A DNA stretch of 64,000 nt from assembly GCA_026936335.1 (NCBI GenBank), contig JAPMXV010000017.1, positions 240,456 to 304,455 of the forward strand, in the 5' to 3' direction. This document shows, in pieces, positions 33,501 through 43,373 of the stretch. Under the pieces are notes generated by a model. That model did no database searches. It was not told the DNA's origin and saw only the letters and a list, made by a program, of their open reading frames with translations. Both the position numbers and the translations under genes were made by a program. Numbering within the stretch: position 1 is the first letter of the stretch; each line of letters opens with the position of its first letter. The stretch comes from Mantamonas sphyraenae STR306. Its lineage: Eukaryota > Protista > CRuMs.

Positions 33501-35556
33501 CGGCGGGCGTCGTTGGCAAAGCACTGTTCCTGTGTGTAGTTGGCCATGCAGCGGTACGTCATGGTGTCGTAGTAAATGTTTGGGTTTTTCGCTGCGGCAG
33601 CGGTGCATTGGGAGTAGGTCGGCGAGGAGGCGATTTCGCAGCCTGGCCAGTCGCTCATTTCGAGGCAGCGTTGGCCCGAACGAGTGCAGTACCCGCAGAA
33701 ATGCGGGTGTTGGTTGATTTTGCGCTGGCAGGTTGCCTTGCAGTCCTTGTCGACGGAACTGCAGGCGCCCGAGTTGCAGCCCAGAACGGCGAGGCATCCG
33801 GTACGGTTTGCCTCGTGGTAGACCTTGATGAGGTTGCAGTTGGAAGTGCAATTCTTGTCTGCCTTTTCGGTGGTGATGCGGAATTTGTATGGGGCAGACT
33901 CTGGGCCGATGCAGTCTTCGGCGAGGACGCGCTCGGCAAACTCGGCCTGGAACTGCTGGTCGGTGGCACGCGTGCCGAGTCCCCAGTCAATGAGGAGGGC
34001 TCGTTTGACACGTGGGTCCATGCGCTCGATGTAGCAACGTGTATAGACAGGCACGGCGTCGACGCCCTGCGGGACGACGCAACGGTTGCGTTCGATGTCG
34101 CATGTGGTGTAGCAGTCATCATCGTCCACACAATGGGGCCCAAACACATCGTTGCCGCTGATGAGATCGTGACATTGGTCGCTAAACGCGAGGAGGGTTT
34201 TGTAGAGCTCGGGGTTGACCTGCTGCTGGGCAACTGCGGCACAGCCTGTGTTTGCGTCTTCGATTTGGTTGCTGGAGCGGACAAAGTCTTGGATGGTGGC
34301 CTTGGAGCGGAAGGGAATGAGGCAGAGGAGGTCGACGCACTTGTCGACGTTGTCTGCGAGGCGGTGGTTGTAGACGGTGGTTTGGATGTCACGCGGGGCG
34401 CAGCACATGCTCCACTTGAGGGTTGCATTGCAACAGGGGTCTTTGGCAAAGTCTGCGGTGCCGTAGGTGGCAAAGCAGGCGGTTGTGTGCTTGGACTGGG
34501 CGGCAACGGGGCTGTGCTTTGTGAAGGAGGTTGCGAGACTTGCGCAGCCGACCCAGACGTCAGAGGCGGTGAGGGAGGAGACCAGGTAGCGACCTTGGGA
34601 GAGAGCCTTCCAGGAGGTTGCGTTGAGCATGGTGTTTTGGGTACGCGCGAGTTCGTCACCGATGAGAGAAAACAAGTCGTAGTTGCAATGCGGGTGGCGC
34701 TGGTGGAACCCAGAGAAGGTCTCATGGATGTAGGAGCCGTCTGCGTAGCGGAGATTTGCGTTGCGTCCGTCGACAGAGACGACGCAGGAGGAAAAGGCGT
34801 CGACGGGCTTGCCGAGGAAGGAGTCTTTGCCGAGAGGGCTGTTTGCAAACTGCATGAAGACGAGGGTGAGGTGGTTGTTGACAGGAGTGCTGAAGCGATG
34901 GTGGTCGAGGTCGGCCTGGTTTGGATCGCGTCCTAGGGCAGAAAACATGCTGTGGAGTGGATCGGTTTGGGCGGGCCCCGGCCAGAGGACGGTGGAAGAG
35001 GTGATTTGGACGATGGGAGGGAGGTTTGTGTCGTATGTGACTCCACCGCAGGTGAGGTTGAAGGCGCCTGTGGATGGGGTGGGTCAGTGAGTGTGTTGAG
35101 AAGGGAGATGTGAAAAAGGGAGAGGGGATTCACGCGCGGCGGAAAGGGCAGTAGGGAGGCCGTGGGGGGGGAAGGGGGGTGGGGACGGGGAAGGGTGGGG
35201 GTGGACGTACCGCGCAGACTCTGAACAACATTGGGCAAGTAGATGCAGTTTGTGTCGTCAAAGACCTGGGAGTCGCAGACCTTTGTGCCCTGGGAGAGTT
35301 CGGCGATGTCGAGGGAGGCAGAGCCGATGGGGGTGCCGTCCAAGGTTGCGTCCTGGGGCAGTTGGATGTCAAAGGTGAGGGAGGTGAAGTAGAGAGAGAG
35401 TTTTCCCGTCTTGACGACAAAGGTATTGTCCAGTTTCTGAGCGTATGCTGGGCTGGGCAGGGTGGAGAGGAGGAGGAAGGAGAGAAGGAGGAGGAGGAGG
35501 AGGAGCGGGGTGGGTTTACGGCCCGGGGAGGTGCGTGAATGTAGAGAAGAGCGCAT
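30574..35556 (-). CDS. Giant cysteine-rich ectodomain + 7TM (GPR137/TOM1-THH1-like) receptor; one frame break at about 31545
   Basis: Signal-peptide exon 35556-35211; intron 35068-35210. A Cys-rich frame runs to ...GNTYF, then the reading shifts frame into VVNRIQNW... and seven TM helices (QKTFHLL, FEFSTFLLFSTYNCLVFFWAE, TEIIP). Stop at 30574. Confidence 0.7.
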
Positions 35557-35673
35557 GTTTGGGGACTATGCGCGATGTGCGTGTGTAGAGGGGATGGGGG
35601 CGAAGTGGGGAGTGTGTTTGTGTGTGCGTGGGAGCGCGGGGAAGGGCACTGCAAGTGTGCCGAAGCTGAGAGC

Positions 35674-37707
35674 ATGAGCAAGAGAACGCGTGAGGATGCA
35701 GAGCTGGATGGAACAAGGGAAGGCGGGATGGAGGTGGAGGTGGGCAGGGAGGGCGACGGGGAGAGGGAGGAGAAACGGGGAGCGGGCGGACGGGAAGGTG
35801 GTGCGTCAGCGTCATCATCATCATCATCCTCGTCTTCTTCTTCTTCATCATCATCATCATCTTCGTCGTCGTCATCGTCATCCAGTGTGCACAGTAGCGT
35901 GGACGGAGAGGGTGTGGGAGAGGAAGAGGGAGGAGAGTTGGGCTCGGAAGGCGCGCACGGCCATGCGGCGAAGCGGGCGCGGCATTCAGCGCTGGACATG
36001 ATTGCTCTGGGGCAGCTTCCGAGCGCAGACATGTACGAGCGGTCATACATGCATCGGGACACAGTGTGCGACATCAAGGTGGCACGGTACACCGACTTTG
36101 TGGTGACGGCGAGTGTGGACGGACAGCTGAAGTTTTGGAAGAAGCAGCCAGAAGGGATTGAGTTTGTGAAGCACTTTCGGTCGCATTTGGGAGCGATTGT
36201 GTCGATGAGCGTGTCACCGGATGGCCTGTGGCTGTGCACGGCGTCGACGGACAAGACGCTGAAGTTTTACGACGTGGTGAACTTTGACATGGTGAACATG
36301 GTGGAACTGGAGTACGAACCGGTGGTGGTGGAGTGGGCGTACGGAGCGAACGAGGTGGCCAAGGTTGCAGTTGCAGAACGGGACAGTGGGACAGTGCGTT
36401 TGTACAGCTCGCAAGGGAGTGGAGAGGCGGTGGCGACGTACGAGGGCCTCCACGGGGCAGCGGTGACGCTGATGGCGTACAACCGAGTGGCAAACACTGT
36501 GGTGAGCATTGACGAGAAGGGTGGAATCGAGTACTGGCGGCCGGAGGACGGGCAGTTTCCGGAGGAGGCGACGCAGTTTGCGTACAAGAGCGAGACACAC
36601 CTGTACGACCTGATGGCGAATGGGTGTCATGCAGTGTCGCTGGAGGTGAGCCGTGACGGACGGCTGTTTGCCCTGATGGATAGCGCGGACAGGGTGCGTG
36701 TGTTTCAGTTTGCGACGGGCAAGCGGTACCGCGTGTACGACGAGAGCCTTGAAACGGCGCAGGCGGCGCAACGGAGTGGTGAGAGCGGGCTGGGCGAGTA
36801 TGCACTGGACAACATTGAGTTTGGAAAGCGAGTGGCTGTGGAGAAGGAGCTGAAGCGGAGCGAGGGGACGCCTGCGTGCAACGTGACGTTTGACGAAACG
36901 GGAGGATATGTGGTGTACGCCACGATGGTGGGGATCAAGGTTGTGCACCTGGCGAGTAACCGTGTGGCGCGTGTGCTGGGGGTGGTGGAGGGCCAGCGGT
37001 ACCTGGGGCTGGCACTGTACCAGGGCAAGGTGAAGCTGACGGCACAGCACATGACAGCGGGCCAGGTGTACAAGAAGGAGGAGGAGGATCCGACGGTGTT
37101 TGTGTGTGCGTACAAGCAACGGCGGTTCTACATGTTTACGAAGCGGGAGCCCGAGGAGGAGCGGGACGTGTTCAACGAGAAGCCGTCGCTGGAGGAGCAA
37201 ACGGTGGCGTTGGGATCGAGCAAGCATGCCGTTTTGGCGTCGCGAGCGACGATTCATACGAGCAAGGGAGACATCGGGCTGGAGCTGTATCCGGAGGAGA
37301 CGCCAAAGGCGGTGGAGAACTTTGTGACGCACGCACGCAACCAGTACTACAACAACGTGATCTTCCACAGGGTGATCAAGAAGTTTATGATCCAGACAGG
37401 CGACCCGCTGGGAGACGGAACAGGGGGAGAGGCGATCTTCAAGGGTGGGCGGTTCGACGACGAGATTGTGGATTCACTGCGTCACGACGGAGCAGGAGTG
37501 TTGTCGATGGCCAACTCGGGCCCCAACACGAACGGCAGTCAGTTTTTCATCACGACAGCACCGGCGCGGCACCTGGACGGAGTGCACACGATTTTCGGCA
37601 AAGTGGTGAGTGGGATGGACGTGGTGAAGGCGATCGAGCGTGTGCGGACAGACAGTGCGGACAAGCCGTTGGAGGACATCAAGATCATGAATGTGAGTGT
37701 GGGGTAG
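35674..37707 (+). CDS. PPWD1: WD40-repeat cyclophilin (spliceosomal peptidyl-prolyl isomerase)
   Basis: Motifs LPSADMYERSYMHRD, GIEFVKHFRSH, ERDVFNEKP, FHRVIKKFMIQTGDP, SMANSGPNTNGSQFFIT. Confidence 0.96.
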   Translation: MSKRTREDAELDGTREGGMEVEVGREGDGEREEKRGAGGREGGASASSSSSSSSSSSSSSSSSSSSSSSSSVHSSVDGEGVGEEEGGELGSEGAHGHAAKRARHSALDMIALGQLPSADMYERSYMHRDTVCDIKVARYTDFVVTASVDGQLKFWKKQPEGIEFVKHFRSHLGAIVSMSVSPDGLWLCTASTDKTLKFYDVVNFDMVNMVELEYEPVVVEWAYGANEVAKVAVAERDSGTVRLYSSQGSGEAVATYEGLHGAAVTLMAYNRVANTVVSIDEKGGIEYWRPEDGQFPEEATQFAYKSETHLYDLMANGCHAVSLEVSRDGRLFALMDSADRVRVFQFATGKRYRVYDESLETAQAAQRSGESGLGEYALDNIEFGKRVAVEKELKRSEGTPACNVTFDETGGYVVYATMVGIKVVHLASNRVARVLGVVEGQRYLGLALYQGKVKLTAQHMTAGQVYKKEEEDPTVFVCAYKQRRFYMFTKREPEEERDVFNEKPSLEEQTVALGSSKHAVLASRATIHTSKGDIGLELYPEETPKAVENFVTHARNQYYNNVIFHRVIKKFMIQTGDPLGDGTGGEAIFKGGRFDDEIVDSLRHDGAGVLSMANSGPNTNGSQFFITTAPARHLDGVHTIFGKVVSGMDVVKAIERVRTDSADKPLEDIKIMNVSVG

Positions 37708-37737
37708 GGTGGGTTTGTGCGGCGGGTGGAGCAAGGA

Positions 37738-38503
37738 ATGGAAAACGAAAACGAGTTGAGGCATCGTCGGCGAGGGGAGGGAGACGGAGGGGAGGGGGAG
37801 GAAGGGGTGGTGGTGGTGGATGAGGTGGTGAATGGGGAGGGGAGTGAACGGCAGGGTGGGGAGAGCAGCAGTAGCAGTAGGAGTGAGGGCGGAGGGAGCA
37901 AGTTTGAGTGCAATATTTGCTTGGAGGAGGCCACAGAGCCCGTGGTGAGCATGTGCGGGCATTTGTATTGTTGGGGGTGTATTCGAAGGGTACGTTTGGG
38001 AGAGGGGGAGGGAGAGGAGGGGGAGGTTAGGGGGGGGGGGGGGGGACGGGGGGGCAGGCAATGGCTGACATGGGAGGGTGGGTGGGCGTGGCGTGGCTGA
38101 CGTGGCGCAGTGGATGCAAACAAATGTGGAGCGACCGTTGTGTCCAGTTTGCAAGAGCGAGATCAGCAAGGAGAAGCTGATTCCGCTGTACGGAGGGGGC
38201 GCAAACGAGGAGGATCCGAGAGAGAAGGAGGAGGAACCGAGGCCGGCAGGTCAACGTACGGAACCGCCTGCAGGAGCGCCAAGCAGCAACCCGAATGACT
38301 ACAACGAGGCGCCGTGGCAGACACAGTGGGGAGGCGTGCAGATTTCAGCGGGAGCGTTTCCGTCGCTGTTTGGGTTGCAGGTGAACATGAGCACGCCACC
38401 AAGGAACCGGCCGTTGACAGCTCAAGAGCAGCAGCAACTGTTTCTGTCACGGCTGTTGTTCATGCTGGGAGTGATGGTTTTCGTGGTGCTGGCGCACTTT
38501 TGA
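37738..38503 (+). CDS. RNF5/RNF185 (RMA1-like) tail-anchored ERAD E3 ligase
   Basis: Exons 37738-37989 and 38111-38503; intron 37990-38110. C3HC4 [42 protein letters not shown] and a C-terminal TM. Confidence 0.9.
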
Positions 38504-38532
38504 GGAGAAGTGGGGAAGAAGAAAAGCAGGAT

Positions 38533-39062
38533 TTATGAGGATGAGGAGGTGGATGCATCTTGGGTGTCGTGGGTGTCGTGGTGTCGTGGGTGTCGAGAGA
38601 GTCGAACGAGTCGAGCCCCATGGCGTTCTTGAGGCAAGCGAGGATGGTGCGGAATCGAGCGCGTGCGGCCTTTTGGTCGTCGAGGCGGGCAAGGCCCAGT
38701 CCCATGATGAGAGGGAGGGTGGAAGCAACGCTGAGGTGCTGGATGAGCATGCGTGGGTAGACCTCGAGCTCGGCGACGTCGCGTGTGCCGAGGAGAGTGG
38801 CGACGGTGTAGGGATCGACTGCGTCTGCATCCATGGAAAGTGTGCTGGCGTCCTTGGAGGCAGAGTACCAGGCGCCCACCTTGCCCGTTTGGGTGACAAC
38901 GACGAGGTGTCTGTCGGAGAAGGACTGGATGAGGAAATCGGTGCGGATGGATTGGATCTCGGCGCTAAAGTGCTTTGTGGGCACGGGGAAGGAGGATTTG
39001 GCAGAGGAGGAGGAAGTGGATGGAGATGAAGATGGTTGTGAAGAGTCGAGCAGGGTTGACAT
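38533..39062 (-). CDS. PSMG3: Proteasome assembly chaperone 3 (PAC3)
   Basis: Motifs FPVPTK, FSDRHLVVVTQTGKVG, VATLLG, LIMGLGL. The natural stop is probably the TAA at 38533-38535 once a 1-nt deletion in a 9-bp repeat (38580) is restored. As assembled, the ORF runs to 38460. Confidence 0.8.
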
Positions 39063-39152
39063 GGTGGTGAAAGGGGAGGAGCGGTTGGATCGGGAGCTGG
39101 GAGGGCCGGCGCATCGGCAGGCAAGCGAAAGTGAACGAGTTGAAGGGACAAC

Positions 39153-41931
39153 ATGAATCAACGAACGAGTCACTTACTGTTTGCAAGTGTTTTGTTGTGC
39201 GCGTGCATGTGCACAGCAGCGAGCGGGAGCGCGGCGGAAGCAAGCGCAAACTACGAAAATTTGCGTGAACCTGGAGCGCCGAACCGACCGGATGCGCCAG
39301 AGGCCTTTTCGGCGACGTTGGAGCTCGGCACGTCAGGCCACGGAACGTTGCCGGGCAAGATGTACTACGACGCGACGGGCAACCGCATGCGCATCGACGT
39401 GACGGTGCAAGGAGTGACGGCGGAAACGCTGTTGCTTTACGGGTCCAACACACAGTACTCCGTGGCAGCGGGACAGTGCACAAAGGGATCCGTGAACGGA
39501 AGCGCAAGCGATCTGTTCCGTGCGCTGCAGTACACTGTGTACAACGGGACTGGTGGTGAACGGGCAGACGCTGGACAAGTGGCTTTTTGAGGCCGGCAAC
39601 TTGTTTTACCTTTTCGCCGGGGAGACACCTGTGCAGTTCAGTGTAGCCGACGCAGTGTCGTACACATGGAGTGCATACACGTCCGGGGAGCCCGATGACA
39701 GCGTGTTTGCGGTGCCAGCGTCATGCTCGAGCAGCGGGGGAAGCGCAGGGGGGGAGTCGCTGAAAAAGTTGGTGCTGGAGCATGTGAAAGGCATGCATGA
39801 GATGGTGGAGGCAGGGTGGGAGACACCGGCACGTCCGCAGGAGCCCGTGGCGTTTAGCGCGGACGTAAAGTTCCTGAGCGGCGGGCAGCTGGCGCACGGG
39901 AAGGAGTACTACGACGCCAAGGGAGACCGAGTGCGGGTGAGCTTGGCGCTGGGCAACGTGAGTGTGGTGTACCTGTTCCACTTTGTGGACGAGGTGCTGT
40001 ACATTCTGGAAGACGGAAAGTGCGGGACGATGAAGATGACAGGGCACGCGGCGGAGCTGTTTGACCGACTGCGCACAGCAGTGTACAACGGCACGTTTGT
40101 GTACGAAGGGCAAACAGTGACTCAATGGGTGGACAGCGCTGACAACACGTCGTTCCTGTTCCATGGGAACACGCCGGTGGTGATGAAGCTGCCGTACGGC
40201 CAGGAGTACGAATGGAGCAACGTGGATCTGGAGGAGCCGGACGCGAGTGTGTTTGCGGTCCCTTCAATCTGCAAGAAGAGTGTCCAGCACGAGGCAGAAG
40301 ATGTGCTGGGTCTGCTGGGGGGCAAGCGCTCGCCGGCCAAGCCGCAGGTGCCGAAGCAGTGGACGTCGTATATGTCGTTTGCGCCGACGGGAAGCGCGGC
40401 TATTACGGGCCATTTTGCGTACGACGCCGAGGATAATCGCGCGCGCATCACGCTGAGCAACGCAACGCTGACGTTGGACGACCTGTACCTGTTCAAGGAA
40501 GACGTGGGCTACATGGTGCTGCAGGGTGATTGCAGCAAGCTGAGCATTTCGGGCTCTGTGCAAAACATGTTCCCGGTGGAGTCGTTTGTGTACAATGGTA
40601 CGGAAACGTACAAGGGCCGGCATGTGACGCGCTGGTACGCGGCCAGCTTCGGAGGCGTGTTTCTGTTTGCCGGGAACGAGCCCGTTGCGCTGCTGTCGGA
40701 CATCGGCACGTACGAATGGGATGATGTGCAGGTAGGCAAGGTGCCAGCTAGCGCGTGGGTGGTGCCAAAGGAGTGCAGCAAAGGCAGGGTGGCGTCGGTG
40801 CGCGGGCGCGTGACTGGTTGGAGCGTGCTGGATTCGGTGGTGGGCGCGTTGGAGTCTGTGGAGGGCGGACCGCCGGCCAAGCCGCAGGTGCCGAAGGAGT
40901 GGACGTCGTCGTTCCAGTTGACGGCAGGTGACACGCAGCTGGGCAAGGGCGAGTTTGCGTTTGACGCAACGGGCAACCGGGTGTGGTTCACGTTGTCTGG
41001 AGAAGAGACGAGCACGTCGCTGACGCTGTACAACGAGGGCGTCCAGTACGAGGTTGCGAGTGGATCGTGCTCGCAGCTGACGGTGGAGGGAAGCGCGATG
41101 GGCGCGTTTGACGTCGAGTCGTACGAGTACAACGGCACACGTACGTTCAACGGCGTTGAGGTGGACGTGTGGTACTCGACGGACAGCGGTTACACGTACC
41201 TCTTTGACGGCAACACGCCAGTGGCTCAGCTGGACGATTCGGTGGTGGTCGAGTGGATCGACGTCGCAGTTGGACCCGCAGCAAGCAGCACATGGGAGGT
41301 GCCCAAGGAGTGCGCAAACGCAACGGTCGGCCGCAGTACTTGGACGGGACGCAAGTCGGCGTCGTGGATGCATGTGAGTGTGGCTGCGCCGACGCCGCAG
41401 CGGCCTGCGACGCCCCACGCTTTCCAGGCTGGATTGACGCTGTCGTTCAACAATTCGGTTGCTCTGACTGGCAAGTTTTACCTTGACGACAAGGCCAACT
41501 GCATGCGCCTGGACGGGACGTACGATGGAGTGACGTCAGAGGAGCTGTTTGTGTACGACAAGAAGATTCTGTTCACGATTCGCCCTGCAACTTCTTCGTG
41601 CAGCAACCAGAGCACGTATGGAGGATCGGCAAGCGATATGTTTGCTGCACTGCCGACGACTGTGTACGGTGGCAAGAAGAATGTGAACGGTCAGGAGGCG
41701 GACATCTGGGTGTCACGCGAAGGCTTTCTGAAGTACGCGTTTGTAGGCAACACACCGGTCGCACTGACGCTTGGCGACAACGTGGCCGAGTACGGGTGGT
41801 CGGATGTGAAGCTGGGTGCGCCGGATGCGAGTGTGTGGAGTGTGCCGAGCTTCTGCGACGCAGCATCGGATTCGACGGAGATGCACGACGTGCGCCGCAT
41901 GGCCTACATGCAGTTTGTGAAGCGGGATTGA
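39153..41931 (+). CDS. Secreted protein of five tandem ependymin-related (EPDR/LolA-fold-like) domains; frame break at 39552
   Basis: Signal peptide. Five units with P.(F/W)SA..., G..YYD..GNR.R, YNGT....G...W, G.TPV and (F/W).VP..C. ORFs 39153-39590 and 39520-41931 join at YNGT/VVNG. Confidence 0.75.
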
Positions 41932-41990
41932 GTGGTGGGGTGTGGAGAATGAATGGAGATGCGGTGGAAGAGCCAACACTGAAGCAAGTG

Positions 41991-43342
41991 ATGACGTCGA
42001 CGCGCTTGCGAGTGACGCTGGCATCTGTGTGTTTGCTGGCGTGCATGTTGGGGTGTGTGGAGGGACAGATCGGGTCTGCGGTGAAGCGACCGGATGTGGA
42101 GCGTGTGCGACTGTTGAAGGCGCAGACGCAGCAGCAGGGGGTGCTGGTGCAGACAAACACGCAGACGTATCTGGGTTTTGTGACACCCGAACAGCGGTCG
42201 TACGCGTCGGTGCTGTTTTTTACGGCAAACAGGGCGGAGCGGGGGTGCCAGATGTGCAGGTAGGTGGAGCGTGCGGTGTGGGAGCGAGGAAGGACGAGGT
42301 GTGGGTTGTGGGCGGGCGATGATGCACTGACACCGCGTGTGGCGCAGGCAATTGCGGCCCATTGTGTCGCTGATGGCCCACCACTTTTCCACGGTGGCGC
42401 ATGAGCACAACAAGCCGATTTACTTTTTCGAGGTGGACGTGGACGCGGCGCGGGAGGTGTTTGGGTTTGTAGGTTGGCAGCGAGAGGGAGGTGTGCATTT
42501 CCAAAGCGGCGTGGGGAAGAAAAGGGCAGGATGCAGGGGGTTGAACTGACGCAGAAGCGTATGGATACACACAGCACAACATGAACCGGGTGCCGCAGCT
42601 TGTGTATGTTCCTGCGGGGCGGTCTGCACCGTGGCCGCAGGGGGTGCGCAGTTTCCCGTTCCCGGCGAGCATGACGTTTTCGATGCAGGGGGTGCGTGAC
42701 TTTCAGGGGAGCTTGGTGCGTTGGATGGCGGAGAAGCACGGCATGGATCTGCGGGACACAGCGACAGCGATGAACAGGAACATGCGAGGAAGCAGTTATG
42801 ATCTGACGACGGGACTGATGTACTTTGTGGGCCTTGTGGGTGCTGTGGTGTTTATGTGGCGTGCTGTGGTGGCCCTTGCAAACCTGCGGGCCACCTTGCG
42901 CAACCCACTGTTCTGGACGGCGGTGAGCTTCCTTGTGTTTTTCTGGATGATGAGTGGTGTTGTGTGGAACGCAATCCGAGGCGCCATGTTCTCGTACCGC
43001 AACCCATACGACGGGAGCGTGATGTACATCAGCCCGCACCATGGCCACCAGTTTGCGGCGGAAGGGATGATCATTGCCGGCCTGATGCTGGGCGCCGGGA
43101 TCAGCGTGATCCTGATGGAGGCGGTTGTGCCCAAGGTGCCGTACCGAGGCTTGCGTCTGGTGGTGCTTCTCCTGCTGATGCTCGGGTTCTACTTGTGCTT
43201 TGCCAACGTCAACTGGATCTATCAGCGCAAGAACCGTGGGTATCCGTTTGCGCCGGAGCTGCGGTGGTTTGTGCACTTTCTGGGCAGGCTGGCGAACCCG
43301 CCGTTTGGTGTGCGATGGATTTGGACGTCGTTCTGGTCGTGA
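41991..43342 (+). CDS. OST3: Oligosaccharyltransferase subunit OST3/OST6 (MAGT1/TUSC3 family)
   Basis: Exons 41991-42259, 42348-42468 and 42575-43342. Thioredoxin-like FFTA..GCQMC; motifs SGVVWNAIRG, QFAAEG, KNRGYP. Confidence 0.9.
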
Positions 43343-43373
43343 GGCGTGTGAGTAGGAGGGAGGAGGGAGGAAG

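Noticed and set aside
38460-38503. Convergent CDS overlap between PAC3 and RNF5/185
   Set aside because: It disappears if one base is restored in the 9-bp repeat at 38580; probably an assembly artefact.
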